64,000 nucleotides of DNA. Origin: Trichoplax adhaerens (Eukaryota; Animalia; Placozoa). Under the pieces are notes generated by a model. The model saw only the letters and a list, made by a program, of their open reading frames with translations. It was not told the origin of the DNA and did not search any database. The DNA lies in NCBI RefSeq assembly GCF_000150275.1, contig NW_002060966.1, forward strand, positions 200,415 through 264,414, written 5' to 3'. The translations under genes were made by a program, and so were the position numbers. Shown here piece by piece: positions 40,973-55,482 of the stretch; the stretch's first letter is position 1; each line of letters begins with the position of its first letter.

Positions 40973-43900
40973 TATACAATTTCATATGTCACACAAATAA
41001 CCCCGGTGCTAATCTTTCACATTAAATTATAATAATCAATTAACAGTTGAGGATTGTTGTCTACAACACGACAATCTTTAATAACATTTTTAATTACTAT
41101 CTTAAATTACTACTACTTATACGTAAGAAGCATCAAGCTCCTTAACAACAACTTATCATGAATATTAAAATGTGGCTACAGAACTATCTATTTTGATGCT
41201 ACTTCATTACTACTTATGTCCCTAATAAACGACGTAGCTTAATACGCTAATCAAAATTCTTCTAGACTATTCCTATTTTAATACTACTTTACATCGAAAG
41301 AATACTTTTTAAGCTAGTAATAGTTTCAGAGTATATAGAGAACGTAGAAGCCCTATCTCACGAAAATTTGCTCATTAAAATAATTTAAAATCCAACATTG
41401 CAAAATCATATTGTCATAAAACATTTTATTACCTGACCTCTCATAGTAAGGAATTCACTGTAATATTACTTTACTTACAGAGCGATTATAAATTGCGGCA
41501 TACAAAAATTTAAGAATATTAACAATATAGAAAGGGCTATTAAATACACATTCGCCTACAAAATTGTTCATACAATATAGAACTTTCGAATAAAGATAGA
41601 GTCGCGAAGTCTATCCTGTATTTTCATGTTCTTTCGTTTGCTCAATCAATCTTCGAATATGTCATAGTTATATAATATTTAATCGAATAACGTTGCTGTC
41701 TTAGTATAACAATAAAGATGTCTAGGACCGGTAATATTTATACATAACGACAAGAGGGATACTCGAACTAAGTAGCAATGCGCTCAGATGGTCATGCGCT
41801 TATAAATATCTGTATAATAACCATCGTACATTCTACAGTAAATAATAACTAATACCAATAACGCTAAATATATTTTATTGCAAATCAAAGAAATTATGTG
41901 ATATCGTTTATATATCGTATTTACCCGAATTTTTTGGCTTTGACATAGAGTGTTTATTAATTTAATATTATAGTATAATTTGTCGGAAAATTTTGATTTC
42001 ATTTGCTATCTATGATGTAACATATTTTCCTAGTACCAGAATAAGGGATAAATACTAGACATTGCTGTAACAATTATAGACTAATATAAAATGATAAAAT
42101 CAGAACGTCCAGCTTATCAAAAAGATTTAATATCTAATAATATATTAGCGCAGAATTAAAATTAAGATAGGAAATTCTAAGTCATTCATTGTCGCAAGCA
42201 AGATATTTTACCGAACCAATGAATAACATTTTCTTCCAATTACTCATATCCTTCATCTAAAACAACGATTTTCTGATTTTTGTTAATACTTTTTATTGTC
42301 TATAAAGTAAAACGTTTTGACGGAAGATTTCTTTTCTTGAAACGTTCTGTGGAATAACGATGATAAAAAATGAACAATCTCTTTTTCTCAAGACAAAAAT
42401 ACCATTACGTAGCATTTTATAAAATTTATCAAAGTGAATATGATAAATTTTAAAAGGTAGTTATGTTGATATTTTTGTTGACTAATCGTCTCTACGGTTG
42501 TAAATAACATGTTCCTAATAAACGATCAATTTAATTCATAAATATTGTAATTAAAATATTATTTTTTATATTTTCTTAGAGATTGTAACCCAAACTAGTT
42601 GCATAAATAATAGCTTGAGCAAAACTAATCCTTATCACATTTATTGATGTATAGACATTTTCTAGCATTATTAACCTATGTGCCATCAACTTTGAATCAC
42701 CGTAAAATTGGTAATATTCTTAGAAAAGATAGAAACGACGATATTAGAAATAAATCTGACTGAATTTATAAACTTGAAGAATGGTGTTAGCAAATGATCA
42801 TTTCTAACAGATCTCTACAAAATAAAAGAGTGGCGTTGATTGCAAATTTTTAATACATTTCAAGTATCAAGTTATAAACAAACGTTTTGTATTCTATAAT
42901 GTCCAGATAGTACGAATATATCACATATCGTAAAATGAAGAAAGGATTCTTAAAAATGATTGGAAAAGAACTAATTACACTTCTAATGTGACTTCAGTAA
43001 TAGATAGAACGATGTCATGAATTCGAATGTGATCGATGATATATGGTTAGATCGTTAGAATGCATGTAAATGCCTTACATATTCTAAACTCTCATTTAAA
43101 CACTTATAATGTCTAATTTAATGAAATTAGCTTAAGATTTCAATACCTATTCGCATCTATCACATCAATAAAACTATTTATCTTGTTAGCAGGTGATAAA
43201 CTCAACAAAATGTGATCAGCTAGGTTCAGTATCGGCATTTTACTGTATAAGCCATAACAAATTCAATTGAGTAACGTAGTTCTGTCTATTGTCGGATTTA
43301 ATAAATTTAGTTTACTACGCCAAATATGAACAGTATTTCACTTATTAAATCTGCAAAAACAAATATTATTACCAACTTGAATTTAATATGCGTATTTTGA
43401 TGTACTAAATGCTCTTTTAAATAATTATAATTGATGAATACCATATGATCACGTACTAAGATTTTCTTAATTATTTCGATCAATCAGATTAAATTTAATA
43501 ATTCAGTAGTTATCCCATTTTGCACGCAAAAATAATTTTACTGAAGGTGAGTTTTCAACTGCTAGATTTGATTTAGCCCAACACTTTTACCTCTGAGAAA
43601 TGATATGTGTGATAGGCCGTATTACTTCATATTATCAAAACCTTATTTGTCAAGCTTAATAAAATTTATGTTGATATATTAAGTTGCGCTGAATTCTTTT
43701 CCTACAATAATGTTAATATTTGAGCACTAAGACTATTAGCAGACTTATACGGTGAAAATTAAAACGCATATTTTGGCTATAAAATTGTTTTTTATTCAGT
43801 ACAGCATTTATAGTTACTATATCCGGAAGTTATTGCTATAACTTTGGATCAATACTGGAGTAGTGGCTGACGGCTGCAATAGGATTAATCTTACATTTAC

Positions 43901-45946
43901 AGGAAAATGAAATACGTAAATATAAAATGAATGCACCACGCAGTGTATAATTACGGGACAATTTATCAGTGTATTACACTTGATCGTATTTGCGGAAATA
44001 AACATCTGCATATATTAGCTAAGAAAGAATAGTTGGTCTAATATCGTAGCTAATGCTGATAGGCATTTAAAATAAGATATAATCATTACGTTTATTTGCG
44101 TAATCGTTGATAATAAATGTCAATTTCAATCGAATAATTATTTTATAGAATCCTTTTGAATTCGGGTTTAAAGAGATAATTAGGTAATCTGCCAATTTAT
44201 GATGTAATGTCCATTTTTGAAAATCATTTACGATATTTTATTTAATTGCTTGTACTAAAATTTTATGACAATATACAAAACTAAGTAAATACCATTAATG
44301 TTTACTTTATTTTATTTTACATTATTTTAGTATTAACATAGCAACTTAATGAAATTCATTAAATTTAAATTAAAAATATAGTCTGATCATGAAATAGGCA
44401 ATAGTATTTACTGCAGTACCTACAGTTTCTTGTCATAGGTTCTTAGCAATTTATTGTAATTCTTACTTCGTATCTTGTGTTATGCTATACCTTACTAATA
44501 ATTCTTGAATATTACTTTTATGGCGTCAATGCTGTGATCACTTACTGTGCAATTTATTAGAGAACATTATTCAGAAGCTTGTCAAAATGCAGCTTTTCAA
44601 TTTTAATATAAGACACCAGCAGTATATTTTCAACTTTCAAATACGAATAATGATATATTATGCAGATGTAAGATAGAGTAGACGTGGGGATCAATAAATT
44701 CTTAGAAGTAGAATGTGATAATTTTCATTATCTATTTACAGTACAGTCTCAATGTAGTAAGATAGAATACTCTTGACAAAGGTATATGTCAAAATTTAGG
44801 TCTATTTTACCTTCGTTTATAAAGTCATTATATTTTCTACTATAAGTTATGGTTTAAGATTTCCATTTTCTAGAAACATATATATGGTATGCAACCATTC
44901 AGTTAGTAATTGAAACCTGCAGCACGGTCTTTTCTTAAGGATCTATAGTGGCCAGGCATTATATGCTCATACACATTGCTTTTATTCAATCAAGTTGCTA
45001 AGTGTGGATATACTCCTACTGTAAACTAGCCTATATCTACTCCAATTCTGAGAAGTATTTCGAGTATTTATATAAAACTTCAATTGTATTCCCATATATA
45101 ATCATGCTTATAGACTGTACATTTTAAATTGATTGGTTAATCATCTATATAATTTGCTTCGAAGTTCGAATTTTAAAACTACCAGTACCGCTTAATTTAA
45201 AATTTTTATTCCAATTATAATGCTTAAATTTAATAAAGACAAGAATAAAACTTTCCGTTGCATCTAGTCTCATTTATTATGAAGCTAATTAATCGTATTA
45301 ATTATTTCAAGAACACGTCATTACCGACTTTACTGAACATTTCCAGGAATAAGATGTCATGATATTTAATAATGATATCATCTACTGTATTACTGCAGCA
45401 TACCTAATAATTTCAGAAATTAAAGTAAAGTTTATGAGGTCACTAAATACAGTTTAAGAGATTAATACAGCAAATTGAGTGAAACAAATTTAATAGCTAG
45501 AGATTGAAACTAGTTTTGTAACCAGGAAATTTTACTTTTATATATCCAATAAATGGTCTAAAACTTTTAATCTTACAAATTATTACCGTATATTCTCAAC
45601 AGCTTTACACTGACTTATTAAGCAAGTAATAAATCTGTAAAGCAATGGCTTTTATGTAGAGTTTTCTGAACTGCACTAGTTAATGATATACTGCACGTAG
45701 TTTTTAATTGGCTTTAAAATGAAAGTTAATACATGACTTGAATCTAGTGATTATACGACATTAGAAAAGAAGATTTTCAATGTTGCTGTATAAATTTTAG
45801 TTCAATCTTAAACCTGAAATATAACACTTCAAGCTTGCACATATGGGCGATTTTAGTACGCTTTAGACTGATATCTAATAATTATAAGCCATTAGCAGTT
45901 TCAATTATTTTAATTTAAAGCGTTAACAACTTTAAAGTATCGCACA

Positions 45947-46753
45947 TTATTGTGGTAATTCAGTACTAGACTGCTCTTCTACTGACAAATGATGATGTTC
46001 ATCATCACTGTGATTCCTACGATGAATTGCGCTTTCTAAATGATTGCAATAATCCGTTAGGTAACCTACGAATTTTCCGTCACATTCTGTAAGTATTTTA
46101 ATTACTGCAACCTTGAGTTGTTTAACCTGCAATAACAAGATTATAGCATTAAAATCGAGAAACATCAGGACAGTTTTTTACATCAACTTCATGTTGTACC
46201 GGTCTGTTATCGAGCTTAGAAACTTCTTCTTCAATAATGTAGACATCATTAATGCCATTCACGCATTTTAAGACACGAAGTAAAACTCTCACTTCTGTTT
46301 TAACCGATCGGATAGTATAATATCCTGAGTTTGGATTAACCACTGGAGGACGTAAGAGTGAGTAAAAATTAATGAAAGCTTCTTAAATCGTTATTTTATT
46401 TGAAGGGATAACTTACCGACATCTTTATTTGAATGCAATGCGGCAACGTGATTGGGCTTGATTGGAAATCCATCAAAGATTACTTTACCATCATTAAGTG
46501 TAGCATTACTGGAAATCTAAAAAAATTAGCTCCATCTAATTATTCATAGCTGATGAAATTTTCTTTTGAAGTTACTTGAGAGGAAATAGTATAAATAGTA
46601 GATAATATATACCTTTATAAAATTGATCTTGGGTACATTAAGTTGAACGGTGATAGAAAGATCGATTCCGCCTGCAGGAAATTCACTAGCCAAAGTATAC
46701 GAAATGAGTTGGAAGCTACTGAGGATCAGTAGGGCGCCATGAAATTTGTTCAT
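45947..46753 (-). CDS. 4-exon secreted protein, GINM1-like N-terminal domain (~187 aa)
   Basis: Exons 46753-46613, 46516-46417, 46342-46200 and 46126-45947, with phase-consistent GT-AG introns. Signal peptide present. NATLNDGKVIFDGFPI...EVRVLL...YIIEEEVSKLDNRPVKQLKV resembles the GINM1 luminal region as I recall it. Confidence 0.7.
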
Positions 46754-49749
46754 GATTGACCTTTATAATTAGCGGTAGTATTAATGGAATGGCAGCAGAT
46801 AGGAATTATTTTAAACTATTAAGCGATTCAACTGGAGGTAATCTATCCGAAGAATGGTAGTTGAGGATTAATTTATATCGTCTAGGATGAGTCGTTCTTG
46901 ATTGGGTTATTTCCGATAGTTGACTAAATATATAGTGGGAGCGCTTTAGCTTTTATACCTCCGCTTGGACTGTGATCCTCTAATCAAATTTTATTTGTTG
47001 ACTATGGCGCTAATTTAATGCTTCATTAATCTGGCTACCGTTCATAAAAGTAATAATTGATATACGAAAATATCGACGCAAATTGGTAATACACTAATAA
47101 ATTTAATATTTGTTTTGTATTTTACTATTAGTTATTTGTGTTAACAGCTGCCTAAAATCTATTTACGTTCAATTCTAGTAAGTCTGCATATTCTAGATAA
47201 TATCAGTTAATAAGTACGCTGTCAATTAATTTACTGTAATTCTACAATTATTATTGATGAATTCTAATATCATTTCTTTATGCCCACTATTTTTTTTGGC
47301 TGGGCAATAAGATGCTTATTGTACAAAGATTGTCCCAATAATAAATTTGAGGAAATTTAATTTTAATTGCTTCACTAATTGTTTTAATTAGTTTATTATT
47401 GCATCAGCAATACAGATTACATAACAACCAATACTTAAAATATCACGAATAAGATAAAATAACAGCAAAGCCGAACTAAAAAGCGAAACTAAATATTATT
47501 ATTTCCGTAGAATTCTATATCTTCTATTAAAATATCGTTCTTCACGATTGATAATAAATATAATATGATTTTGACGCATTTTACACCCCAGTGCTGCTTT
47601 ATGAACTTGAAAATTAGCCGATGGTAAAAAAATTTATTAATCACGTTTAATTTTCGATTATAAGTATTTATGTAGTGATTCCTGATATTTGTTTGATATA
47701 TTACAGCTTACTACAGCAATGTTGTGATTAGATCTAATTATTAATGATATTCTGTTGATTTGTGCTTCAGCTTCAGCTGAACTTTTCATATTTAGCTTAT
47801 CATAAATATTAAGTGACATTTGTTAATAGCTTCATCAGGTTGTGTCAACTCATCCGAGAAATAATCTTTTATTTACATTAATTACAGCCGATGTAAAAAT
47901 CAAGGAGGATAACAGGGCTATATTGCAGAACTAATTATGAAATAATCCTTAATACTTTGCTAATGAAATCATTGATGTTATTTGTATCTGTCATTTTGGA
48001 TGTTCCTTTAGTTATAATTTTATTTAGTATTTGGAATTGTTTTCTCGCCTGAAAATCTAATTAACTTTATTCGATTTAATGCAAACTTTACTCTATAAAA
48101 ATTGAAATAGTTCAATGGGAGTTTTTTTGATGTAACGGTAGACATTATTGAACATTTTGATTGAGTAACGATGAGAAAGATATTAATCGAGGAAAATTTG
48201 TATACCTCAAATATTTCCTTCTAACAATTTCCCGTTTATCCACTCATAAACGAATTTAAAAGATAAGAACTTTAATATCAAGCTGCAAATTAGACAAATA
48301 ATTACTAGTCTGTCTTGAGAATTAAATGCAGTTTCATCTCTAACAGATCAGTACCTGAAAAGTTATCGGCTTTGATGATTTATATCATAAGTTTACAGAC
48401 CTTTATGCCGTCATACTTTTGTCCTAAAATGTTTTATATACTGTTTAGGAAGCAATATTAATGCAGCTATTTGGAATTAATTCGGAACAAAAGAAGTTAG
48501 TGCCCAATACATATAATATTAGATTTGATATTGTATGTTAATAAATTCTACAGTTGTATTCATGTATAATAGGCAGTGAATGCTGTATCTTAGATTTATG
48601 CCCCATTTTAATATCAATATAATATGAATGCTGTATCATAAATTAAATACAATTTTGATGTCAATGCAACATAATCACAAGTAGTTGACAAGTTTTTTAA
48701 AAGAAAGTTAGAGCTGTATTGCTGTATTTCCAATAGAAATGCGAAAAGCTCTCCAAATTCAAATTATTAATGAATATGTACTGAATATAGCCTGACTTTG
48801 CCCATAGCATCAGCAAGCTAATTTTGATCAGTTACGGTTAAATTGATGATTACCATATTGTATTAAATTGTATATTTGCTTATTTATAACTACACTATAA
48901 GGTATTGACGAGCGAATTATTAATTACTGTTCGTTAAATTATTGTTTGTTTAATTAATGATAGATCAATACTAGTGAAAGGACAGCATTGGTTTCAGATG
49001 GATTGACTTTTATTACCTTACCTTATATCGCCTCTGTTATATTAGAAATGATAATTTACTTACTAGACAATATCAAAATAAATATTAGTTATGTAATAGG
49101 CGATGAAATAACCCTAAGAATAATAATATTATTTTTTTTAAGGCTGCATTAATTCAGAAGTGAAGTAGATCAGTTTCCGTGTTTGAACGAAAATAAATTT
49201 AAATTAACAATCACGTTTTCTTTTCAGGACTGAGCTATTACAAATATTTTTTAACTAGCAACGGACATATTTGATTAAGTACAATATATACTACTTACAG
49301 ATTGTCTCCACCATAACTCTTCTTAACTATTTAATTTACTATAAATGGAACGTTTACTCGAAATATGAATTACTAATAGCGAATGTATAATACGTATATT
49401 AGGAAAATCCAAGTACAAATTCCAAGATACCGTAGGAGATAAAATGATTTCCATACTGCTTTGTATTCTAAATAGTAAGTAAAGGTATCCAAGTTACCCT
49501 CTCAACTGAAATGATAGCTAAGCTGAACAGCTAATTTCCATATTGGATAGAATAATGTATAAGTTATGAAATCTCTGATAATAGCGTTAAAATCAGTACG
49601 CGTATGTATACAAATATTTCCTACGTAGATTAACAGCGACATATATATGATTTATGAACAGCTTTAAAATTTCTTACAGGTTAGACCTATTCAAGTAAGT
49701 TAACGTAGTTACTTCATAACAACTTATAAAATTCATCCTAACTAGGTTA

Positions 49750-51390
49750 TTACAGGTAAATAAGCAGATAAAGTATCACAAACACAGGATTCCATGAGCA
49801 AACTTTAATCCACAAATTGAAAAAATAAATTCATTACAGAATAGAGCATCTGTATGGAGGAGTAGAACTGAATCAGTACACTTTTATTAGTGGATCTATC
49901 GATAAACTCTATTCTGCTCTGTAAACAAGTAGATGAAATACAACGAGCACAGGACTGGACAAACATGACTTCATTGACAGATAAAAAAAAAAACAGTCCG
50001 TGTTACGGAACTACGTTTTCGATATTAAGGTTGTGTTGCAGTAGTTCTTCCATACTGATCATATGAACTATATTTTTTAACTTGTAATCATTTCTTATAG
50101 TACTTAAGCTAATAATATGGTTCGACTAAGTTACAATCTGTCATGTTTGTTATACTTTAGCTGCGTTGACCTACTTTGACTGGATTTCTGTTGTTCACTT
50201 GCTTTATGCTATCTTATTATAAGTCTAAGTATAAAAGCTAGTTATTGTTTGTTGTTTTTGTTTTTCTGTTTGTTATAGATTGCTAGTGAGAACTACTAAA
50301 ATAAAATCGAAACCTAGAGTAAGTTGTACTGTATTTTTTGCGATTGTTTTTTTGAGTCTACCTAGGAGGCTAGTTCTAGATAGTTTATGCCATTTAGACA
50401 ATTTTGACAGTCCATCACAGAATCGAGCATTTGCATGTATAGAATAGCATTCAATCTGTATACTTGTTGACTAGTGGATTTATTACTGAGCTATTCTGCT
50501 TAGTAAACAAGTAGGTAAAGTATCGTAAGCCCAGGATTGGACAAATATGACTTTACTTACGGATGGAAAAATTAGTCCATCACAGAATCGAACATCTACA
50601 TGTATAGAATAGGATTCAATCCCTCCACTTGTTGATTAGTGGATCAATTTCTGAACTATTCTGCTCAGTAAACAAGTAGGTGAAGTATTACTAGCCCAGG
50701 ATTGGACAAATATGACTTCAATTATGGAAAGAGAAATTAGTCTATCACACATTGATCATCTACATATATAGAATAGAGTTATAGCGAATCTACAGGTATT
50801 GAATAGGATTCAATCAGTATACTTATCTATTAGTGGATCGATCACTGAACTATTCTGCTCTGGAAGCAAGTAGATGGAAGTTCAACTAGCACAGGACTAG
50901 ACGAGCATGACTGTAATGCACCGATTGAGAAATAGGTCCAGTATAGAATTGAGCACCTGCATGTAGCAAGCTTAATATAGACATCGAGCATATACGTCTA
51001 AAGGAAACCATTTGTTAGTTAGGGGCCTAGAGGATGGAGAGTGAACTTAGAAATAGATCGGTTTGTATCTCCATATTTTTAGATTAGCTTATACGAGCGT
51101 AAAATTGCTATAAACTATAATAATATAAACCATTGATCTCAGTCCAGTTTGACTCATTTTATTGTGAGATATAGCCGTTGAACAGATTAAGATACAGACG
51201 ACTTTATTACACTAGAATAGACTATCAATCAGTACAATTGTTGACTAATGGATCTATCGCTGAACTATTTTGCTCCGCCAACACTACCAACATAGGATTT
51301 AGGATTTGGTGAGCACAGCTTGATTGACAGATTGAAAAAAAAATAAGTCCATTACCGACCGAATTCAGTATCTGTATCGATAGAAGAAGA
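49750..51390. repeat. Diverged ~165-bp tandem repeat (about 5-6 copies, interrupted)
   Basis: Motif ctattctgct recurs at 49909, 50491, 50656 and 50850, with a variant near 51265. Shared blocks gtaaacaagtag, caggattggacaaatatgact and agtccatcacagaat. Confidence 0.8.
50001..50409 (+). mobile_element. Probable solo LTR (409 bp) inserted in the 165-bp repeat
   Basis: TGTTACGG...TTGACA ends with flanks GTCCG/GTCCA (5-bp TSD, 1 mismatch). TATAAAA near 50230 and AATAAA at 50300. Removing it restores a ~168-bp repeat spacing. Confidence 0.65.
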
Positions 51391-51714
51391 CTAAGATGGA
51401 CTGCTAGAAATGCATCCATATCGAGCAGACCCGAACCTTGCACGACCACTTTCTATCAAGTTCTTGCAAGATTTGGCTAAAACTGTGACTATGATTGAAC
51501 CGAAATTGACTTCCTCTGATAGGCAGTGTTGGTTATTGGTGATGCTAGTTGTTGGCTTGGGTTCTAGCCCTTGCTTACAGCCTGTTATTTAACTTCGGTT
51601 GTACTTTTGTTTTTAAATTCTTGGATTATTTAACCCAAGTTATAACATACAACCTGGCAGATCCAACACTGCTAACGCTGATAGCTTATGTTATAGGACA
51701 GACCATGGATGGAC

Positions 51715-52385
51715 ACTGAATACTGAGTACTGAGTACCAGTACAGTACAGTGTACTGTACTGTACTGACTGTACTGTACTGTACTTGCGTAAACTAATTC
51801 GAATCAGAGTACTGTAAGGTGCCCTAAAATCACAAGAATGAATCAAAATGTAATAAAATTTATACAAATATAAAGCTGAATAACTTGGCTTATTAATTTA
51901 CTTAATAAAAATGAACTTAATGGAATAACTTTTATGTAATATTGTATTAAATTCCGAATTTTCTACAGTACTAAGTAAAAAACGTGGTTATCTAACCATC
52001 GCTCCTCCCAGAGTACAGTATAGGCTGTATGGTATGGTATGGTACAGTACAGTACTGAACAGTCAAAGTGTCTAGTTTGTACTGTAGTGCCCAATTCATT
52101 GTCAGGTGACTCCATAGTGTACAAGTGTACACTGTACATTCTACATTGTCTGCCATGTTATACAGTCGGACAGACGATGGACGGAGTCACCTGACTGTCA
52201 ATGCCATAGCGTACTGTACCGTACAGTGTACAGTGTACACTTGTTCGAGTTCGAACTGGTTGGTCAAGGAAGATTCTTTATCATACTCCCTCTACTAGCA
52301 ACGACTGCACTTTCAGTAGGGTAACAGTCGTATCTAGAATGAATTGGTGTCTCTTGCCTGCAGTCATCTTGTACGTACAGTACAT
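51715..52385. repeat. CAGTA/TACTG-rich low-complexity region with inverted orientations
   Basis: Runs of cagta and tactg at 51715-51785, 52010-52245 and ~52370. Confidence 0.7.
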
Positions 52386-52395
52386 TGCATTGAAG

Positions 52396-52407
52396 CCAAT
52401 GACGTCA
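52396..52407 (+). promoter_or_regulatory. Overlapping CCAAT box and CRE (TGACGTCA) upstream of LIAS
   Basis: CCAATGACGTCA lies ~360 bp before the ATG. ATTGG...ACGTCA also occurs at ~57555-57580, upstream of the duplicate. Confidence 0.4.
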
Positions 52408-52764
52408 TAAATGGATGAAATTGTGCTTCATACAATACCTTACGGTACAATAGACAGTATCAACAACGCCACCAGTAAGTGATTTGGCTGGCTGGATGGT
52501 CCACTACCAATCTTGTTTTGAAATCATTTCTTCCTCATTACCCATTCTAACCAACATCGACTGCAGAAGCAGAGGGAAAGTTGGCTGGCAATTGAAATCA
52601 AGTCAAGGGAAAATCGCCTGTCTATTTTCACTTCTATTGCATGACATTGAAATACAACAGGATCGATCGAAAGGATTGTTCATTACTAGGAAGAATTACC
52701 AGTACAGTCTGGCAGATTCATCGTTTGATGGTCAATCAAGAGTGTCGTTGCCTCGATTCTTGTT

Positions 52765-55482
52765 ATGGCTGGCCTACAAACGACTTCCCAATGGATTTGT
52801 AGACCATTTTTAAGGGTATTTTATGCAATAAGTGCATGCTAGCGTACTGTATTCGTGATGGGGTGTATCCACTAATTATTATTTTTATGTACAAGTCTTT
52901 GAAACGGATGCCATCGACTGTCGCTTCGATTCGTGATTACAGTAATATACCAAAGAGTAAGAGAGAAGAGATTGCCAATGGGCCTGGTTTAGAAGATTTT
53001 ATTGTCAAATCTCCTAGTGAAATCAAGAAAGAAGAGTATTTTGCTAAACGTAGACGGTAAACTATCATAATTCATCAATGTCAAATGAATGAGGAATGAC
53101 ACTATTCATATTGAGATATCCACACGTTATAGACGAAATCATCTGTAGTTGATCTAATTTTACCATGTCATGGATAGATACGCTGTTAATCTTACTCAAT
53201 GAAATCGTCTTGAAGCCTCTCTTAATACTGTACACTATTCATATACTATTCGAAATCGTCTTAGTTGATCCAATTTTGCCACATCATGGATAGATACGAT
53301 GTCAATCTTACTCAATGAAATCGTCTTGAAGCCTGTCTTAATACTCTATTCATATACTATTCGAACTCGCCTTTAGTTGATCCAATTTTGCCACATCATC
53401 GATAGATTCGCTGTTAATGTTATTCAATGAAATCGGCTTGAAGCTTCTCTTAATACTCTATTCATATACTATTCTAATTTCAGCCTTCCTTTACCGCCGT
53501 GGCTTAAAACGACGATACCTACGTCCAATAGTTATAACAAGCTAAACAAAGATTTAAGAAACTTAAAATTACATACGGTACGTATGCATTGGACCATGTT
53601 TGTAATTATACTTTCTACAGTCTTCTCGCATAATCAATTGGTTGTTGGACAGTAGTGAAATGCCTCTGTAATGATTAATCATCATCGCTAGCAATAGCTC
53701 GCTTGAAGTTGACTCTTCTACTCCCTTGGATAGCAGAGAACTTTTCATAACCAATTTAATAGCTGCATTGTCTATTCTATTCAGTCATTTGTAAAAATTT
53801 TTTCCTGTAGTCCAACACCGCCATGATGATCATGTTAGCCATTTTAACCATTATTTTTAATAGTATCAAAGCTAACATCAGTAGTGTATGATTTGTTAAT
53901 TAATAGGTTTGCGAAGAAGCAAGATGTCCGAACATAGGTGAATGCTGGGGTGGTGAATCTGGAACTGCTACTGCAACAATCATGGTAAGTCACGACTAAA
54001 TAGGATTACCCTTGAAATCGGTTCTTGATATTGTTTTTTTGTATACCCTGTGTATGAATAGGTTCTAGGCGATACATGTACACGTGGTTGTCGATTTTGT
54101 TCCGTTAAAACAGCACGTAAACCTCCTCCACCTGATCCTGATGAGCCTGTTAACACGGCTATAGCTCTAGCACAATGGGGTCTTGATTATGTAGTCTTAA
54201 CTTCTGTAGATAGAGATGGTATGCTTACGATCTTATAGCATGATGCTACCACTGCTATAGCATAGGATTGGTAGCCTAGAAATGAAATTTATAAATTTAT
54301 TTTTCTATATGGTGGCAGATCTTTCTGATGGTGGATCCAACCATTTCGCTGAAACTGTGAAAGAAATTAAGAAACGGTATTCATTGCTATCGATGGACAC
54401 AGTAGATTATATAGAATTCATTTATAATATAGAACGACGTGATTTCTTTCATCCCCAACAATTTTAATATTATTTTCCCTTGATCTAGCAATTTATCGAT
54501 GCTGGTTGAAACTTTAACACCTGATTTCCGAGGGGATAAAGCAGCTATTGCTACAGTTGTCAATGCGGGAGTAGATGTTTATGCACATAATGTTGAAACT
54601 GTAAAGAATCTTCAATGGTATGTCACTCCTATGCTTTCACTCCTAAGCTTTCATGACTTGGAAATAGATTGTTGATTGTTGATGATACATCTGCAATTAT
54701 ATCTCCAATTGATAGGCTAGTACGTGATCCACGCGCAAATTATGAACAATCTCTTGAAGTTTTGAGTTACGCAAAAATCGTTAATCCCAATCTTGTTACT
54801 AAAACGTCCATAATGTTGGGTTTGGGAGAGACTGATGAATCAATACTCCAAACCATGAAAGGTTACCCTATAGAAGAGAAATTTGTCCTTGTCTTAGTAT
54901 AGAGAAATTAAATCATTTATCTTATCGATAGATTTAAGAAGTATCGATGTCGATTGTATCACCCTTGGCCAGTATATGCAGCCTACAAGATATCATATTA
55001 AAGTATTGAATAGTCTCGATAAAGACTTGAATTCATTTTGAAAATGTGATCTTTTAACAAAATGCAACATCTCTATTAAACATTATTATCATGTCATGGA
55101 TCGTAGGTTAAGGAATACGTTACACCTGCCAAATTTCAGCATTGGGAAAAAGTTGGTAACGAACTAGGTTTTGCCTATACTGCTAGCGGCCCTTTAGTAC
55201 GGTCATCTTACAAAGCAGGTAACAATAATGGTTCTATAGCAGTTTAAAATGACAACATGGTAGCATATAATAGCCAGTTCATTGCTACGTTTGCTCCTTC
55301 CTATATCCTTACTATACTCTATTTGTCTACATAATTTCCTGCCGAAATGCAACGCATAGCCTGCGCTGAATAGCAAATACTGTTCACTGATACCCTTTCA
55401 TCTATTTTACATCGCTACTGTAGGTGAATTCTATCTGAAAAACCTTGTTCATAAAAGAAATAAGACCAATGGATCTGACTAA
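52765..55482 (+). CDS. LIAS: Lipoyl synthase, mitochondrial (11 exons)
   Basis: Exons 52765-52815, 52896-53056, 53484-53577, 53907-53984, 54062-54218, 54319-54376, 54489-54617, 54716-54861, 54932-55002, 55107-55218 and 55424-55482, all phase-consistent. Motifs [43 protein letters not shown] and [10 protein letters not shown]. The N-terminus looks like a transit peptide. Confidence 0.95.
53101..53475. repeat. ~112-130-bp tandem repeat (x3) inside LIAS intron 2
   Basis: ctattcatat...gaaatcgtc...agttgatccaattttgccacatcatggataga...caatgaaatcgtcttgaagcct repeated three times. Confidence 0.85.

Noticed and set aside
27700-45900. Short ORFs of 60-83 aa in the AT-rich intergenic tracts
   Set aside because: I/L/F/Y/K-rich composition expected from random AT-rich DNA; no splice-consistent models found.
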